A DNA stretch of 64,000 nt from contig BPJB01000001.1 in NCBI GenBank assembly GCA_026004395.1, forward strand, positions 82,630-146,629, read 5' to 3'. Below are positions 18,369 to 27,691 of this stretch, in pieces. How positions within the stretch are numbered: the stretch's first letter is position 1; the number at the start of each line of letters is the position of its first letter. The DNA comes from Patescibacteria group bacterium. Lineage in GTDB: Bacteria > Patescibacteriota > Microgenomatia > Levybacterales > UBA12049. The translations under genes and the position numbers were made by a program. Below the pieces are notes generated by a model. That model worked only from the letters and a program-made list of their open reading frames with translations. It ran no database searches and was not told the origin of the DNA.

Positions 18369-19991
18369 TTACTTTTTTATTTTATAAATCATCACAACAG
18401 GCCGATCAAATATATTTGCTGTTTGCTCATATGCGAAAATTGGATCTCCAAGATAAAGAATTTTGCAGTAGAGATCACATGGTGTCTGATATAAAAGATC
18501 ATATGCTGTGGGTTGTGAAATAAGGGATGTATAAAATTCATAACCCTTGGGAAAATTTCTTGCATCTGCAACTCTTGTCTTAAAAAGTCTTTGACTAGGG
18601 AGAATAATATAATCATTTGTTTTTAAAAGATTTGATAAAGTATTGTCATAAGATTTTGACAATGTTTCTTCGAGATCATAAAAATTAAAAAGTTTGATTG
18701 ATGGAAAATAGGAGTTAAAAGGAAGAATACCTAAATCATAGACTTCACTAATTATTTTTGCATTCTGCGGTAGATGTTTTTTTGCCCACTCAGCAGCCAT
18801 TATTCTACTGTCAGGTGTTAGAAGAACGGTTTGTAAATAAGAATAAGCAAAAATAAATCCTATTATGAAAGAAACGACTGCAAAAGAAATCAATACTTTT
18901 GATTTCATTTGTATATGTTCAACGTATTCCGATAATGCACAGGCAATAATAAGATAGATAAAAGGAATAGTTGGAACAAAATAACGAGTCCATTGAGTAA
19001 AAAGAAATGTTTGAGAAAGAAATAATAACAAAAAGAATGCTATTAATAGCATATACGCTATATTTTTTCTTTGAATAGCAAAAATAAACAAATATGCAAA
19101 CGATACTAAAAAAACAATAACTATAAAAGGATTCAGAAGAAACGGATATATTTTTAAAAAAGGAAAAACAATGGGAGTAGCTGATAGAAATTCTCCTGTA
19201 TAAAAAACGCGAATCCCCCCCAAAGCAACAGATGATTCATATTTTATACTTCCTAAAAATGAACTGTAGTCTAGAAATGTATAAGGATTGGTTGAGAGAA
19301 AAATTGCACTGGATAGGAGAATTGTAAAGAGGATGAAGAATATAGAAGAAATAATAGATATTTTCTGTTGTGATTTTTGTTCAATGATTATTACCATGAT
19401 CAATAGTGGTAACAAAATAATGCTTGATATCTTAAAAGAAATGAGGATTCCAAATGTAATTGCTATTCCCACTAAATATCTTCTCTTGTGTGTTTTTATA
19501 TAAAGAAGAGATAAAAAGAATAAAAGAAGTGTAAAATAGGTAAGCCACATTTCGTATGTTCCAAAATGAGCGAACTGGATGAGACCAACGCTTACTGTTC
19601 CTAAGATAGTTGCTAATATCCCGCTAATGTTATTCTTGAGTATTTTTCCAGTGCTATAAAGAAGAAGTAAGAGCAGTAAAGATAACAAAGATGAGAAAAA
19701 TCTGAGAGTAAGAATGGCGTTTTCAAAAGAAACATCATTTTGCCAAGTTTGGTTTTTGATTAGATTAAAGAGTAGAGCAGCAAAATATGAGAGATATAAA
19801 GGAAGACTTCCATAAGCAAAAAAATGAGGATTCATTTGATCTGGGAAAAGAAGTTGGTCGATACTCGTTGCGATATTGCGTTCATCCGGATGAAAGTAAA
19901 ATGGTTTTCCCCAATCAAGATGTGTAATACGAAAAGCTGCTCCAATAATAATAAGTCCCACAAGTAAAATACTAGGTGTAATGTATCTCAT
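18369..19991 (-). CDS. GT-C-fold membrane glycosyltransferase-like protein, paralog B
   Basis: Same FHPDERNIA motif and topology as paralog A. Separated from paralog A by 1 nt. Confidence 0.55.
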   Translation of the reverse strand: MRYITPSILLVGLIIIGAAFRITHLDWGKPFYFHPDERNIATSIDQLLFPDQMNPHFFAYGSLPLYLSYFAALLFNLIKNQTWQNDVSFENAILTLRFFSSLLSLLLLLLLYSTGKILKNNISGILATILGTVSVGLIQFAHFGTYEMWLTYFTLLLFFLSLLYIKTHKRRYLVGIAITFGILISFKISSIILLPLLIMVIIIEQKSQQKISIISSIFFILFTILLSSAIFLSTNPYTFLDYSSFLGSIKYESSVALGGIRVFYTGEFLSATPIVFPFLKIYPFLLNPFIVIVFLVSFAYLFIFAIQRKNIAYMLLIAFFLLLFLSQTFLFTQWTRYFVPTIPFIYLIIACALSEYVEHIQMKSKVLISFAVVSFIIGFIFAYSYLQTVLLTPDSRIMAAEWAKKHLPQNAKIISEVYDLGILPFNSYFPSIKLFNFYDLEETLSKSYDNTLSNLLKTNDYIILPSQRLFKTRVADARNFPKGYEFYTSLISQPTAYDLLYQTPCDLYCKILYLGDPIFAYEQTANIFDRPVVMIYKIKK

Positions 19992-19992
19992 A

Positions 19993-21264
19993 TCACTCTT
20001 GAGTCATAATGCGTGCGGCTTTGGTTCCTATGGCAACTGCGTAGTTTGTTCCCCGATCCCATGGATATACTTGCTGCATATTGGCAAGGTAGATATTGGG
20101 AAGAGGAGTTTTGATAGAGGGAACAAGTTTGGAATAGTTAGGAGGGATTATTGGTTGAGCAAAATGTGCAGCAAATTTTTCAATAGCAATGATATTATCT
20201 GTGATTTGAGGATTAATGCGTTGTAAATAAGGAAGATAGATTTTAAATATTCGCTTGCCCGTGTATGAAAAAAATGGATGAGTTGATGGGAGATATTTCC
20301 CAAGATATAAGAGATGTTCGTTATTATAGTATTTTTTATCCACAAAATTTGTATGTTCTATAATCGCCATAAGAGGAGCTTCTCTATCACAAATACTAAG
20401 CCAATATGTCCCATCCTGAAGAAAAGGTTTTTTCATTCTAACAACTAAATTGATTGCTCCAAGACCATGCAGCGAACTAAGTTTTTCTTTATAACTTGCT
20501 GTTATATCTGGTAAAAGATTGAGCAAATTTGGAGAAGGTAGTGTCACCAGAATTTTATCGAAGGTATATTTTTCTAAAGCGGTTGTGAGGTGAATGCCTT
20601 GAGCTGATAATTGAAGTGATAAAACAGGAGTAGCATAGTGAATAATTGCTCCTTGTTTTTTTAAATTGTCAGCTAATGCTTGGGCAAAACGCAGAAAACC
20701 TCCTTTAGGATAGGCAAGTGTTGCTGTTCGTTTCCTAATTCTTGCCCAGAACCATGCAAGAGAAATGTTGGTATAGTATTCTCCAAATTTGTTTATTAAC
20801 TGTGGTTCCCAAATTGTTGCAAATGCTTGATGGCCCATTATTTTTTCCAAGAAGGTAACTGCATCAATACGTTCTAGCAATTGCCAATAAGGGTTGTAAC
20901 GCAAAAACGCAAGGGTGGTTGCCATGCGTATTCGTGAAAGAAAAGAGATCTTAGGGAAAGTAAGTACTGTTAGTGGGGAATCAAACTGGTAGATCGCATT
21001 GTCAACGAATACAGATGTTTTTGGTCGTTTGATTAATACAGAGTGTTTTAATTCTTTTGCAAGTTGTAAAACTGCATCATCATTTGTAAACCAGTGATGG
21101 TAGTGTTGTTCTAGTGTCCATTTCCATCTTGGATGTTGAAATCCAATAGCTAATCCACCAGGACTTCTATCTTTTTCAAAGATAGTAATACTATGTCCTT
21201 TTTTTATGAGTGCAAAAGCAGCAGCAAGACCTGTAAATCCAGCTCCTATAATTGCTATCTTCAT
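19993..21264 (-). CDS. FAD-dependent oxidoreductase (amine-oxidase/CrtI/PPO-like fold)
   Basis: IIGAGFTGLAAAF dinucleotide-binding motif, then EKDRSPGG. Confidence 0.7.
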   Translation of the reverse strand: MKIAIIGAGFTGLAAAFALIKKGHSITIFEKDRSPGGLAIGFQHPRWKWTLEQHYHHWFTNDDAVLQLAKELKHSVLIKRPKTSVFVDNAIYQFDSPLTVLTFPKISFLSRIRMATTLAFLRYNPYWQLLERIDAVTFLEKIMGHQAFATIWEPQLINKFGEYYTNISLAWFWARIRKRTATLAYPKGGFLRFAQALADNLKKQGAIIHYATPVLSLQLSAQGIHLTTALEKYTFDKILVTLPSPNLLNLLPDITASYKEKLSSLHGLGAINLVVRMKKPFLQDGTYWLSICDREAPLMAIIEHTNFVDKKYYNNEHLLYLGKYLPSTHPFFSYTGKRIFKIYLPYLQRINPQITDNIIAIEKFAAHFAQPIIPPNYSKLVPSIKTPLPNIYLANMQQVYPWDRGTNYAVAIGTKAARIMTQE

Positions 21265-22670
21265 AATGAAGCTTTGCCACGGCTTAGTACAAAGAGGAGT
21301 AGTCCTATACCAGCCATGAGTGTTGTAATTATACCTGAGAATACCACCAATGAACTACCCGGTGATTCTTGTGGCGGAGGAAGAGTTGGTGTAGGAGAGA
21401 GATCAATCGTTGGTGTGATGGAGGCAGGAGTACTCTCAACAGTAGGTAGCGGGGTATTTGTTGGAGTAGGTTGTTGGGTGGGTGTTGGTGTTGGTGTATT
21501 TGTAGGAGTTGGAGTTGGTTCTTGAGGAGAAACAGAGGGTTCTGTAAATTGACTACCTTGAGCATATACTGTGAATGATCGTTTAATAATTCTTAAAATG
21601 CCATTTTCATCTTTTGTTTTAATCGTGATAGTATGCTCACCTGGCGCAAGTTTTTGTTGAGGCCTGAATGACCAAACACCTCTGGTATCTGCTTTGATTG
21701 TTGTTTTAATTGTAGTTTGTGAATTAATTTCTATTTCAACCTCTGAACCAGGTGGTGCTGTTCCTTCAAATTTTGGTTGTTGATCACTAAAAGCTTCTTG
21801 ATTTTTGGGAACAAGAATGCGTGGTTCGGTTGGTAATGCCTCTGTTGCAGTAAAGCTGGGAAAACTTTCTTTTATAGTTTGTGATGCTGATTCGGATGAT
21901 AAATTATTTGATAGAGGTTCAAATGAAGTGGTGAAATCATATGTGTTGGATAAGGTTATTTGAGGAACGGGATTAATCTGCGATGCAAGAAGAGATACTC
22001 TTGACTCATAATTTGAGCTTTTGACGAGTAACTTTATAACGGAGTCATCTTTAAGTTGTAGATAAGAGGTATAATCTTTTGTTCGAATTGCATTCAATGG
22101 CAACACAAAAGTTCCATCTTTTTTTGTTAGAGTTGAGATGACTTGTGCATTTTCACTGACTAAAAAGATAAGAATATTGTTATCGCTGGTACCATCAGGA
22201 TAAACAACCTTACCTACAATAGGGGGTTGAGGTGGTGGATTATCAGAGAGAGGAGAAAGCGTTTGAACTATAAATGGCATATCTTTATCTAGAAAAGTTT
22301 TATCCGCTGAGGTAATAGTGAAGTAATATTTGGTATTGGGCGAAAGATTTCTAACAGTAATATGATGTGTGATGTATGGCTGTGGTGTACCTGATTGCTG
22401 ATCGCGATCATCAAATGCAACTTTCCCAAGAGATGTGTTTTCTCCGTAAGAGAGTGTTCCTATAACTGGTTCTTTAGTAACATAGGAGACAGTGAAAGAT
22501 GTATCTGATAAATTAGTGATGCGAATATCCTCAGGTGCATACTCCGGTGCTGCTTTTGTTAGGAAAAGAGCGCCGCTGTTAATAAGCCAATTTAGTGAAA
22601 AAAGTCCAACTCCAAGAAGTATAAATCCAAGAATTGTTGGTATTCTTTTATTCCAGAGTGATCTGTTCAT
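21261..22670 (-). CDS. cell-surface protein with fibronectin-III-like domains, Pro/Thr-rich linker and C-terminal TM anchor
   Basis: N-terminal signal anchor, FN3-like segment (NLSDTSFTVSYVT), the linker PTPTPTNTPTPTPTQQPTPTNTPLPT, and a C-terminal hydrophobic helix plus SRGKASL tail. No LPxTG. Confidence 0.5.
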   Translation of the reverse strand: MNRSLWNKRIPTILGFILLGVGLFSLNWLINSGALFLTKAAPEYAPEDIRITNLSDTSFTVSYVTKEPVIGTLSYGENTSLGKVAFDDRDQQSGTPQPYITHHITVRNLSPNTKYYFTITSADKTFLDKDMPFIVQTLSPLSDNPPPQPPIVGKVVYPDGTSDNNILIFLVSENAQVISTLTKKDGTFVLPLNAIRTKDYTSYLQLKDDSVIKLLVKSSNYESRVSLLASQINPVPQITLSNTYDFTTSFEPLSNNLSSESASQTIKESFPSFTATEALPTEPRILVPKNQEAFSDQQPKFEGTAPPGSEVEIEINSQTTIKTTIKADTRGVWSFRPQQKLAPGEHTITIKTKDENGILRIIKRSFTVYAQGSQFTEPSVSPQEPTPTPTNTPTPTPTQQPTPTNTPLPTVESTPASITPTIDLSPTPTLPPPQESPGSSLVVFSGIITTLMAGIGLLLFVLSRGKASL

Positions 22671-22999
22671 TGTGTTGTTTCTCCTTGAGTTTCTGCTTCA
22701 ACTGTAGCAATAGGCTCAGCAGGAGGTATTGGAGTAATAGTAAGAGAAGCTTCTTGAGAACTGATCTGATTATCAGTTTGTAAATAATTCAAATTGGGGG
22801 TTATTACCTTGCGTTTTTTTAGACGGTTTAGAACTTCTTTATTAAATGATGAATTTATGGGTAGGATTGTTAAGCTTTGAGATTCAGTGATAGTTGTGGC
22901 TACTCTTTTGTTATAGATAGTAAATCCAATCCAAGCGAGTATTACTACAAAAGATGGAATAATAAGATAAATAAGATTTTGGTACTGCTTTTTGTTCAT
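22667..22999 (-). CDS. small single-pass membrane protein (possible pilus-assembly accessory, PilP-like position)
   Basis: 110 aa with an N-terminal TM helix and Pro-rich C-terminus. Tightly coupled between the PilO-like and surface-protein genes. Confidence 0.3.
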   Translation of the reverse strand: MNKKQYQNLIYLIIPSFVVILAWIGFTIYNKRVATTITESQSLTILPINSSFNKEVLNRLKKRKVITPNLNYLQTDNQISSQEASLTITPIPPAEPIATVEAETQGETTQ

Positions 23000-23001
23000 A
23001 T

Positions 23002-23622
23002 TTATAATTTATAATATGCCTGAGCGTTAATAGTCATTTTTAGAGTACTACTTCCTTCTTGTAAACGGATAATTGTAATATCCTTAACAAGGATAATTCT
23101 GTCAAACGCTATTAGATCATTGTAGAAACGTTGAAGTTGATCATATGTTCCTTCAACTACGATTACAAAGTTAAATGACTCAAGTTTTGCTCCAGGATTT
23201 CTTTTCAGAAGATCTATCTGTTGCAGGTTGATGCTACTTGTGCTAATTCCCGCATTGGAGAAGAGTGTTTGTATTTGGCCAACTAACTTTACCACTTCAG
23301 GATTTTGAGGAATAGCAGCAAAGATTAGAGGCAGTTGAGGGTTCAACAAGTTATATTCTTGCTGGAGTAGTGTCATGTTTTTAATTTTTGTTTCAAGTTG
23401 CGTATGGATGAATTTTCTATCCTCTAAGCTTTTTTGAAGCTGTGCTATAGTGGACAAAGTGGGAGTAATCGCAAAGATCCCAAAAAATGAGAAAGCAAAG
23501 AATGTGAGGATAAGAATGATATACATTTGCGTTTTTTCATTTTTAATATCAGGTAGAGAACGTATATAGGAAAGATATCTCTTTTTGGATAGTTCTTGAA
23601 AAAGTTGTTTATTGATTTTCAT
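23002..23622 (-). CDS. PilO-like membrane protein
   Basis: About 200 aa: short cytoplasmic N-terminus, one TM helix, coiled-coil segment, then a globular domain. Confidence 0.45.
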   Translation of the reverse strand: MKINKQLFQELSKKRYLSYIRSLPDIKNEKTQMYIILILTFFAFSFFGIFAITPTLSTIAQLQKSLEDRKFIHTQLETKIKNMTLLQQEYNLLNPQLPLIFAAIPQNPEVVKLVGQIQTLFSNAGISTSSINLQQIDLLKRNPGAKLESFNFVIVVEGTYDQLQRFYNDLIAFDRIILVKDITIIRLQEGSSTLKMTINAQAYYKL

Positions 23623-23624
23623 AA

Positions 23625-24254
23625 TTATCTTGCTTGCTCAATTGGGATAGGTTGTCTTAAAGGTAAAGACTCAGGACTTTCTGTTTTCAGACGAGCAGAT
23701 ACTATAGCTGAAAATACAGCGCGTGATGTTTGATTTTCAATTCGATCAATACTCACTGATTTGATCGGCGCATATGATCTAAGAGCGCTGATAAATTCAT
23801 TAAGACCACTAACAGAATTAGCTGTAATATCCATACGGACAGAAGCTGAAGTGACAGTAAGAGATGTGAAACTAACCTTTCCTGATGCGAAATCAACAAT
23901 TGACGTAAGAGTTGTTGTTACATCAGAAGATGACCTATCTAATCTGTCAGCCTCAGCAAGTCTTTCTTGAAGTGATCTGAATGATGCTTCTTGGGGTTTT
24001 AATGCCTCAACAATTGCTTGTTTGGCTTTAATTTTGTCATGCAGATCAATGAGCTGTCTATCTAGTGTAAAGCGATAGAGAAAAGCTGCAAGCGCAATGG
24101 TTTCTGTAAGAATGACCAGAAATCTGCCTCCTGTAATCGCCCATTGTATAAATACTTCCCAGGAAGCATTGCCCTGACGTTTAAGAAGATTGATAGATAG
24201 ATATTGTGCATTATTTTTTTGCATTGCAGTATTACTCCAACACCAAAATGCCAA
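23625..24254 (-). CDS. PilN-like membrane protein (INLL motif)
   Basis: N-terminal SINLLKRQ matches the PilN INLLP motif. Followed by one TM helix, a coiled coil and a periplasmic domain. Probable start at ATG 24224. Confidence 0.5.
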   Translation of the reverse strand: MAFWCWSNTAMQKNNAQYLSINLLKRQGNASWEVFIQWAITGGRFLVILTETIALAAFLYRFTLDRQLIDLHDKIKAKQAIVEALKPQEASFRSLQERLAEADRLDRSSSDVTTTLTSIVDFASGKVSFTSLTVTSASVRMDITANSVSGLNEFISALRSYAPIKSVSIDRIENQTSRAVFSAIVSARLKTESPESLPLRQPIPIEQAR

Positions 24255-24368
24255 AGCTTATTTGGCCTATTTCCAGTCTATTTATTTTTCTTAGAAAAGT
24301 CAAAACAATTGCTATCTAGCAGGATAGAAAAAAGTATGTTATACTTAATTTATAAATTCGAAAATCGC

Positions 24369-24413
24369 AATCCGAATAGTTTCGTATTTCGCATTTCGGA
24401 TTTTATTTGTTAT
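24369..24413 (+). promoter_or_regulatory. 8-bp stem hairpin (AATCCGAA...TTCGGATT) plus T-rich tract immediately upstream of fusA
   Basis: Inverted repeat 24369-24376 / 24395-24402, followed by TTTATTTGTTAT and the fusA ATG. Confidence 0.3.
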
Positions 24414-26522
24414 ATGGCTGACACTTCACGTATTTATCCATTGGATAAAATTCGTAATATAGGAATTATCGCGCATATTGATGCAGGTAAAACAACAACC
24501 ACAGAGAGAATTTTGTTTTATACTGGTCGAACGTATAAGATTGGTGATATAGATGAGGGAAATACCCAGATGGACTGGATGGAGCAGGAGAGAGAACGAG
24601 GTATTACTATTGTGTCAGCTGCGACAACCACATTTTGGAGAGAGCATCGCATTAATATTATTGATACACCTGGTCATGTTGATTTTACTGCTGAAGTAGA
24701 ACGATCACTGCGTGTTCTTGATGGCGGAATTACAGTTCTTGATGCTGAGGAAGGAGTACAATCTCAGTCAGAAACTGTATGGAGGCAGGCAGATAAATAT
24801 AAAGTCCCTAGAATTTGCTTTGTGAACAAAATGGATAAATTAGGAGCAGATTTTCTTGGGACAGTAAAAAGTATTGAAGAAAGATTAGGAGCAAATCCTG
24901 CAATTATGGTGCTTCCTATTGGAGTAGAAAGTAGCTATGTAGGAAATGTTGATCTTTTAACTCGAAAGGCAATAAGGTGGGGATCAGATGAGCTTGGTGC
25001 AAAATTTGAGATTAGCGATGACATTCCCTCAGAGATGAAAGATCAAGTTGAGGACTACCGTGCCAAGTTAATTGAAAAGATTGCAGAAACTGATGATACG
25101 CTTCTTGAGAAATATCTTGGTGGAGAGGAGCTTACTGTTGAAGAATTAAAGAAAGCTCTTCGGGCAGCAGTTATCTCGTACAAGCTAGTTCCTGTCTATG
25201 CTGGAACATCTTTGCGTAATAAAGGTGTACAGCCGTTACTTGATGCTGTTGTTGATTATCTCCCTTCTCCATTGGATCTTAAAGAAATAAAAGGTACTCA
25301 TCCAAAAACAGGCGAAGAACAGGTAAGAAAGCTTACACTTGATGAGTCATTTTCAGGATTGGCATTCAAAATTCAAAACGATCCTCATGTTGGAAAATTG
25401 ACTTATTTTAGAGTTTATTCGGGTAAGATCTCTGCAGGTTCATATGTTTATAACAGCACAAAAGATATCAAAGAACGCGTAGGTCGTCTTCTTCTTATGC
25501 ACGCAAATCAACGCGAAGAAATAAAAGAAGCTTATGCGGGAGAGATTGTAGCAATTGTTGGTCTTAAGGATACAGGAACAGGAGACACACTCTGCGATGA
25601 GAATAATCCAATAGTTCTTGAAAAGATTTCCTTCCCAGAGCCTGTGATATCTCTTGCTATAGAACCCCAAACAAAGTCAGATCAAGAAAAGCTAGGATAT
25701 GCACTTAAGCGACTTACAGAGGAAGATCCAACGTTTTCAGTTAAAACAAATCCAGAAACAGGCCAAACAATAATCTCAGGAATTGGAGAGCTTCAACTGG
25801 AGATCATGGTAGATAGAATGAGAAGAGAATTCAATGTGGTCGCAAATGTTGGTGCTCCTCAAGTTGCTTATAAGGAGACATTTCAAACAACCGCTACAGG
25901 GGAGGGAAAGTATATTCGACAATCTGGAGGTAGAGGTCAGTATGGTCATTGCTGGCTTCGTATTGAACCTCTTCCCAGAGGATCAGGAATTGAGTTTGTT
26001 GATGAGATTAAAGGTGGAGTAATTCCAGCTGAGTTTGTAAAGGCTGTTGAAAAAGGTGTATATGAAACTCTGGAGAATGGTGTTCTTCTTGGTTATCCGG
26101 TAGTTGATGTAAGAGTCGCATGTTATGATGGTTCATACCATGAGGTTGATTCCTCAGAAGTCGCATTTAAGATTGCTGCTTCTCAGGCTATCCAAGCAGC
26201 ATCCAAAAAATCTGGGATTGATCTTCTTGAGCCAATTATGAAAGTTGAGGTCACAACTCCCTCAGAGTTTATGGGAGATATTATTGGTGATCTCTCATCC
26301 AAGAGAGGACAGATTTTGGGTACTGAAGAGAGAGCTCGCGCAACAATCATTAATGCTCTTGTACCACTTGCTGAGCTTTCAGGATACGCAACAACGCTTA
26401 GATCTATGTCTCAAGGGCGAGCAAGCTACTATATGGAGCCATCTCACTATGATGTTGTACCTCGAAATATTGTTGAGCAAATGCTTGCCAAATCCACATT
26501 TACTGGTCGCGTTGAATCTTAA
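24414..26522 (+). CDS. fusA: elongation factor G
   Basis: [38 protein letters not shown] matches the EF-G N-terminus. Full length ~702 aa. The longer track ORF from 24204 is an upstream in-frame extension, rejected. Confidence 0.95.
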   Translation: MADTSRIYPLDKIRNIGIIAHIDAGKTTTTERILFYTGRTYKIGDIDEGNTQMDWMEQERERGITIVSAATTTFWREHRINIIDTPGHVDFTAEVERSLRVLDGGITVLDAEEGVQSQSETVWRQADKYKVPRICFVNKMDKLGADFLGTVKSIEERLGANPAIMVLPIGVESSYVGNVDLLTRKAIRWGSDELGAKFEISDDIPSEMKDQVEDYRAKLIEKIAETDDTLLEKYLGGEELTVEELKKALRAAVISYKLVPVYAGTSLRNKGVQPLLDAVVDYLPSPLDLKEIKGTHPKTGEEQVRKLTLDESFSGLAFKIQNDPHVGKLTYFRVYSGKISAGSYVYNSTKDIKERVGRLLLMHANQREEIKEAYAGEIVAIVGLKDTGTGDTLCDENNPIVLEKISFPEPVISLAIEPQTKSDQEKLGYALKRLTEEDPTFSVKTNPETGQTIISGIGELQLEIMVDRMRREFNVVANVGAPQVAYKETFQTTATGEGKYIRQSGGRGQYGHCWLRIEPLPRGSGIEFVDEIKGGVIPAEFVKAVEKGVYETLENGVLLGYPVVDVRVACYDGSYHEVDSSEVAFKIAASQAIQAASKKSGIDLLEPIMKVEVTTPSEFMGDIIGDLSSKRGQILGTEERARATIINALVPLAELSGYATTLRSMSQGRASYYMEPSHYDVVPRNIVEQMLAKSTFTGRVES

Positions 26523-26570
26523 ATTCATTGGATGCAATTAATTGAACATTGAATTTAGTCTATCTCTAAA

Positions 26571-27668
26571 ATGAGAAAGATACGCATTGGGATCCTCTTT
26601 GGTGGTCAATCAGCAGAACATGAAGTATCTATTCAATCTGCAAAAAATATTTTTGCGGCAATAGACAAAACAAAATACGAAGTTATTTTAATTGGTATTA
26701 GCAAAAAAGGTAAATGGTTTCAGTTTTCACAAGAGGAATTTAATAAACTAGCAGATCAAAGGTATCAGTCTTTAGATAAGATAACAGAATTTAGTTTGTT
26801 AAATGCCAAGGAAAAATCTTCACTAATTACACCTTCAGAAAACAATTTTTATTTTTCTAAAAAACTGGATGTGGTCTTCCCTATCTTACATGGACCCTAT
26901 GGAGAAGATGGTACTGTTCAGGGTCTGCTCAAGCTTTTACATATCCCTTTTGTTGGAGCGTCTGTCTTAGGATCTGCGGTGGGGATGGATAAAGACGTAA
27001 CCAAAAGACTTTTAAGAGATGCCAATCTTCCGGTAGTTAGGTTTAAAGTCGTAAATGTTAGAGAAAGATCTGATTTGAGATTTAGAGCTATTAAGGAAGA
27101 GCTCGGGATTCCTTTCTTTGTTAAGCCAGCAAATCTGGGATCATCGATTGGAGTAACAAAAGTGAATAAGATGAGTGAGTTTGAAAAAGCTTTAGATCAA
27201 GCATTTTGCTATGATAGGAAGATTCTTATAGAAGAAGCAATTAATGCTCGGGAGATAGAATGCTCAGTTCTGGGTAATGATGAAAAAATAGCTTCCCAAC
27301 CAGGAGAGATAATTCCAACACATGAATTTTATGATTATGAGGCAAAATATATTGATGAGAATGGTGCGAAATTTGAAATTCCAGCGAAAATCTCTACGCA
27401 ACAAATAAAAACAATTCAAGAGTTAGCAATTAGAGCATGTACTGTTCTGTGCGTTGAGGGTATGGCAAGAGTTGATTTCTTTCTAGACAAGAAAACAGAA
27501 AAGATTTATATCAACGAAATTAATACTCTTCCAGGGTTTACCAACATCAGTATGTATCCAAAGCTCTGGGAGGCAAGTGGTATTCCCTATGTAGAGCTTA
27601 TTGATCGACTTATACGCCTTGCACTAGAACGGCATAGTAAAGAACAGTCTCTTAAAACGAATCGTTAA
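26571..27668 (+). CDS. ddl: D-alanine--D-alanine ligase
   Basis: IGILFGGQSAEHEVSIQSAKNI N-terminus and an ATP-grasp C-terminus (ARVDFFLD, EINTLPGFT). Confidence 0.9.
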   Translation: MRKIRIGILFGGQSAEHEVSIQSAKNIFAAIDKTKYEVILIGISKKGKWFQFSQEEFNKLADQRYQSLDKITEFSLLNAKEKSSLITPSENNFYFSKKLDVVFPILHGPYGEDGTVQGLLKLLHIPFVGASVLGSAVGMDKDVTKRLLRDANLPVVRFKVVNVRERSDLRFRAIKEELGIPFFVKPANLGSSIGVTKVNKMSEFEKALDQAFCYDRKILIEEAINAREIECSVLGNDEKIASQPGEIIPTHEFYDYEAKYIDENGAKFEIPAKISTQQIKTIQELAIRACTVLCVEGMARVDFFLDKKTEKIYINEINTLPGFTNISMYPKLWEASGIPYVELIDRLIRLALERHSKEQSLKTNR

Positions 27669-27691
27669 GTCTGTTACAATAGTTTGCATCA

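Noticed and set aside
21390-21530. GT-rich tandem DNA repeat (GGTGTTGGTGTTGGTGTA...) that might look like a CRISPR/minisatellite
   Set aside because: It is the antisense of the PTPTPT codon repeats inside the surface-protein gene. It has no spacer/repeat periodicity, and no cas genes are present.
24204-24413. Upstream in-frame extension of fusA (track ORF starts at 24204; another ATG at 24336)
   Set aside because: EF-G homology begins exactly at [10 protein letters not shown] (ATG 24414). The extension is hydrophobic and Cys-rich and would place a hairpin inside the coding region.
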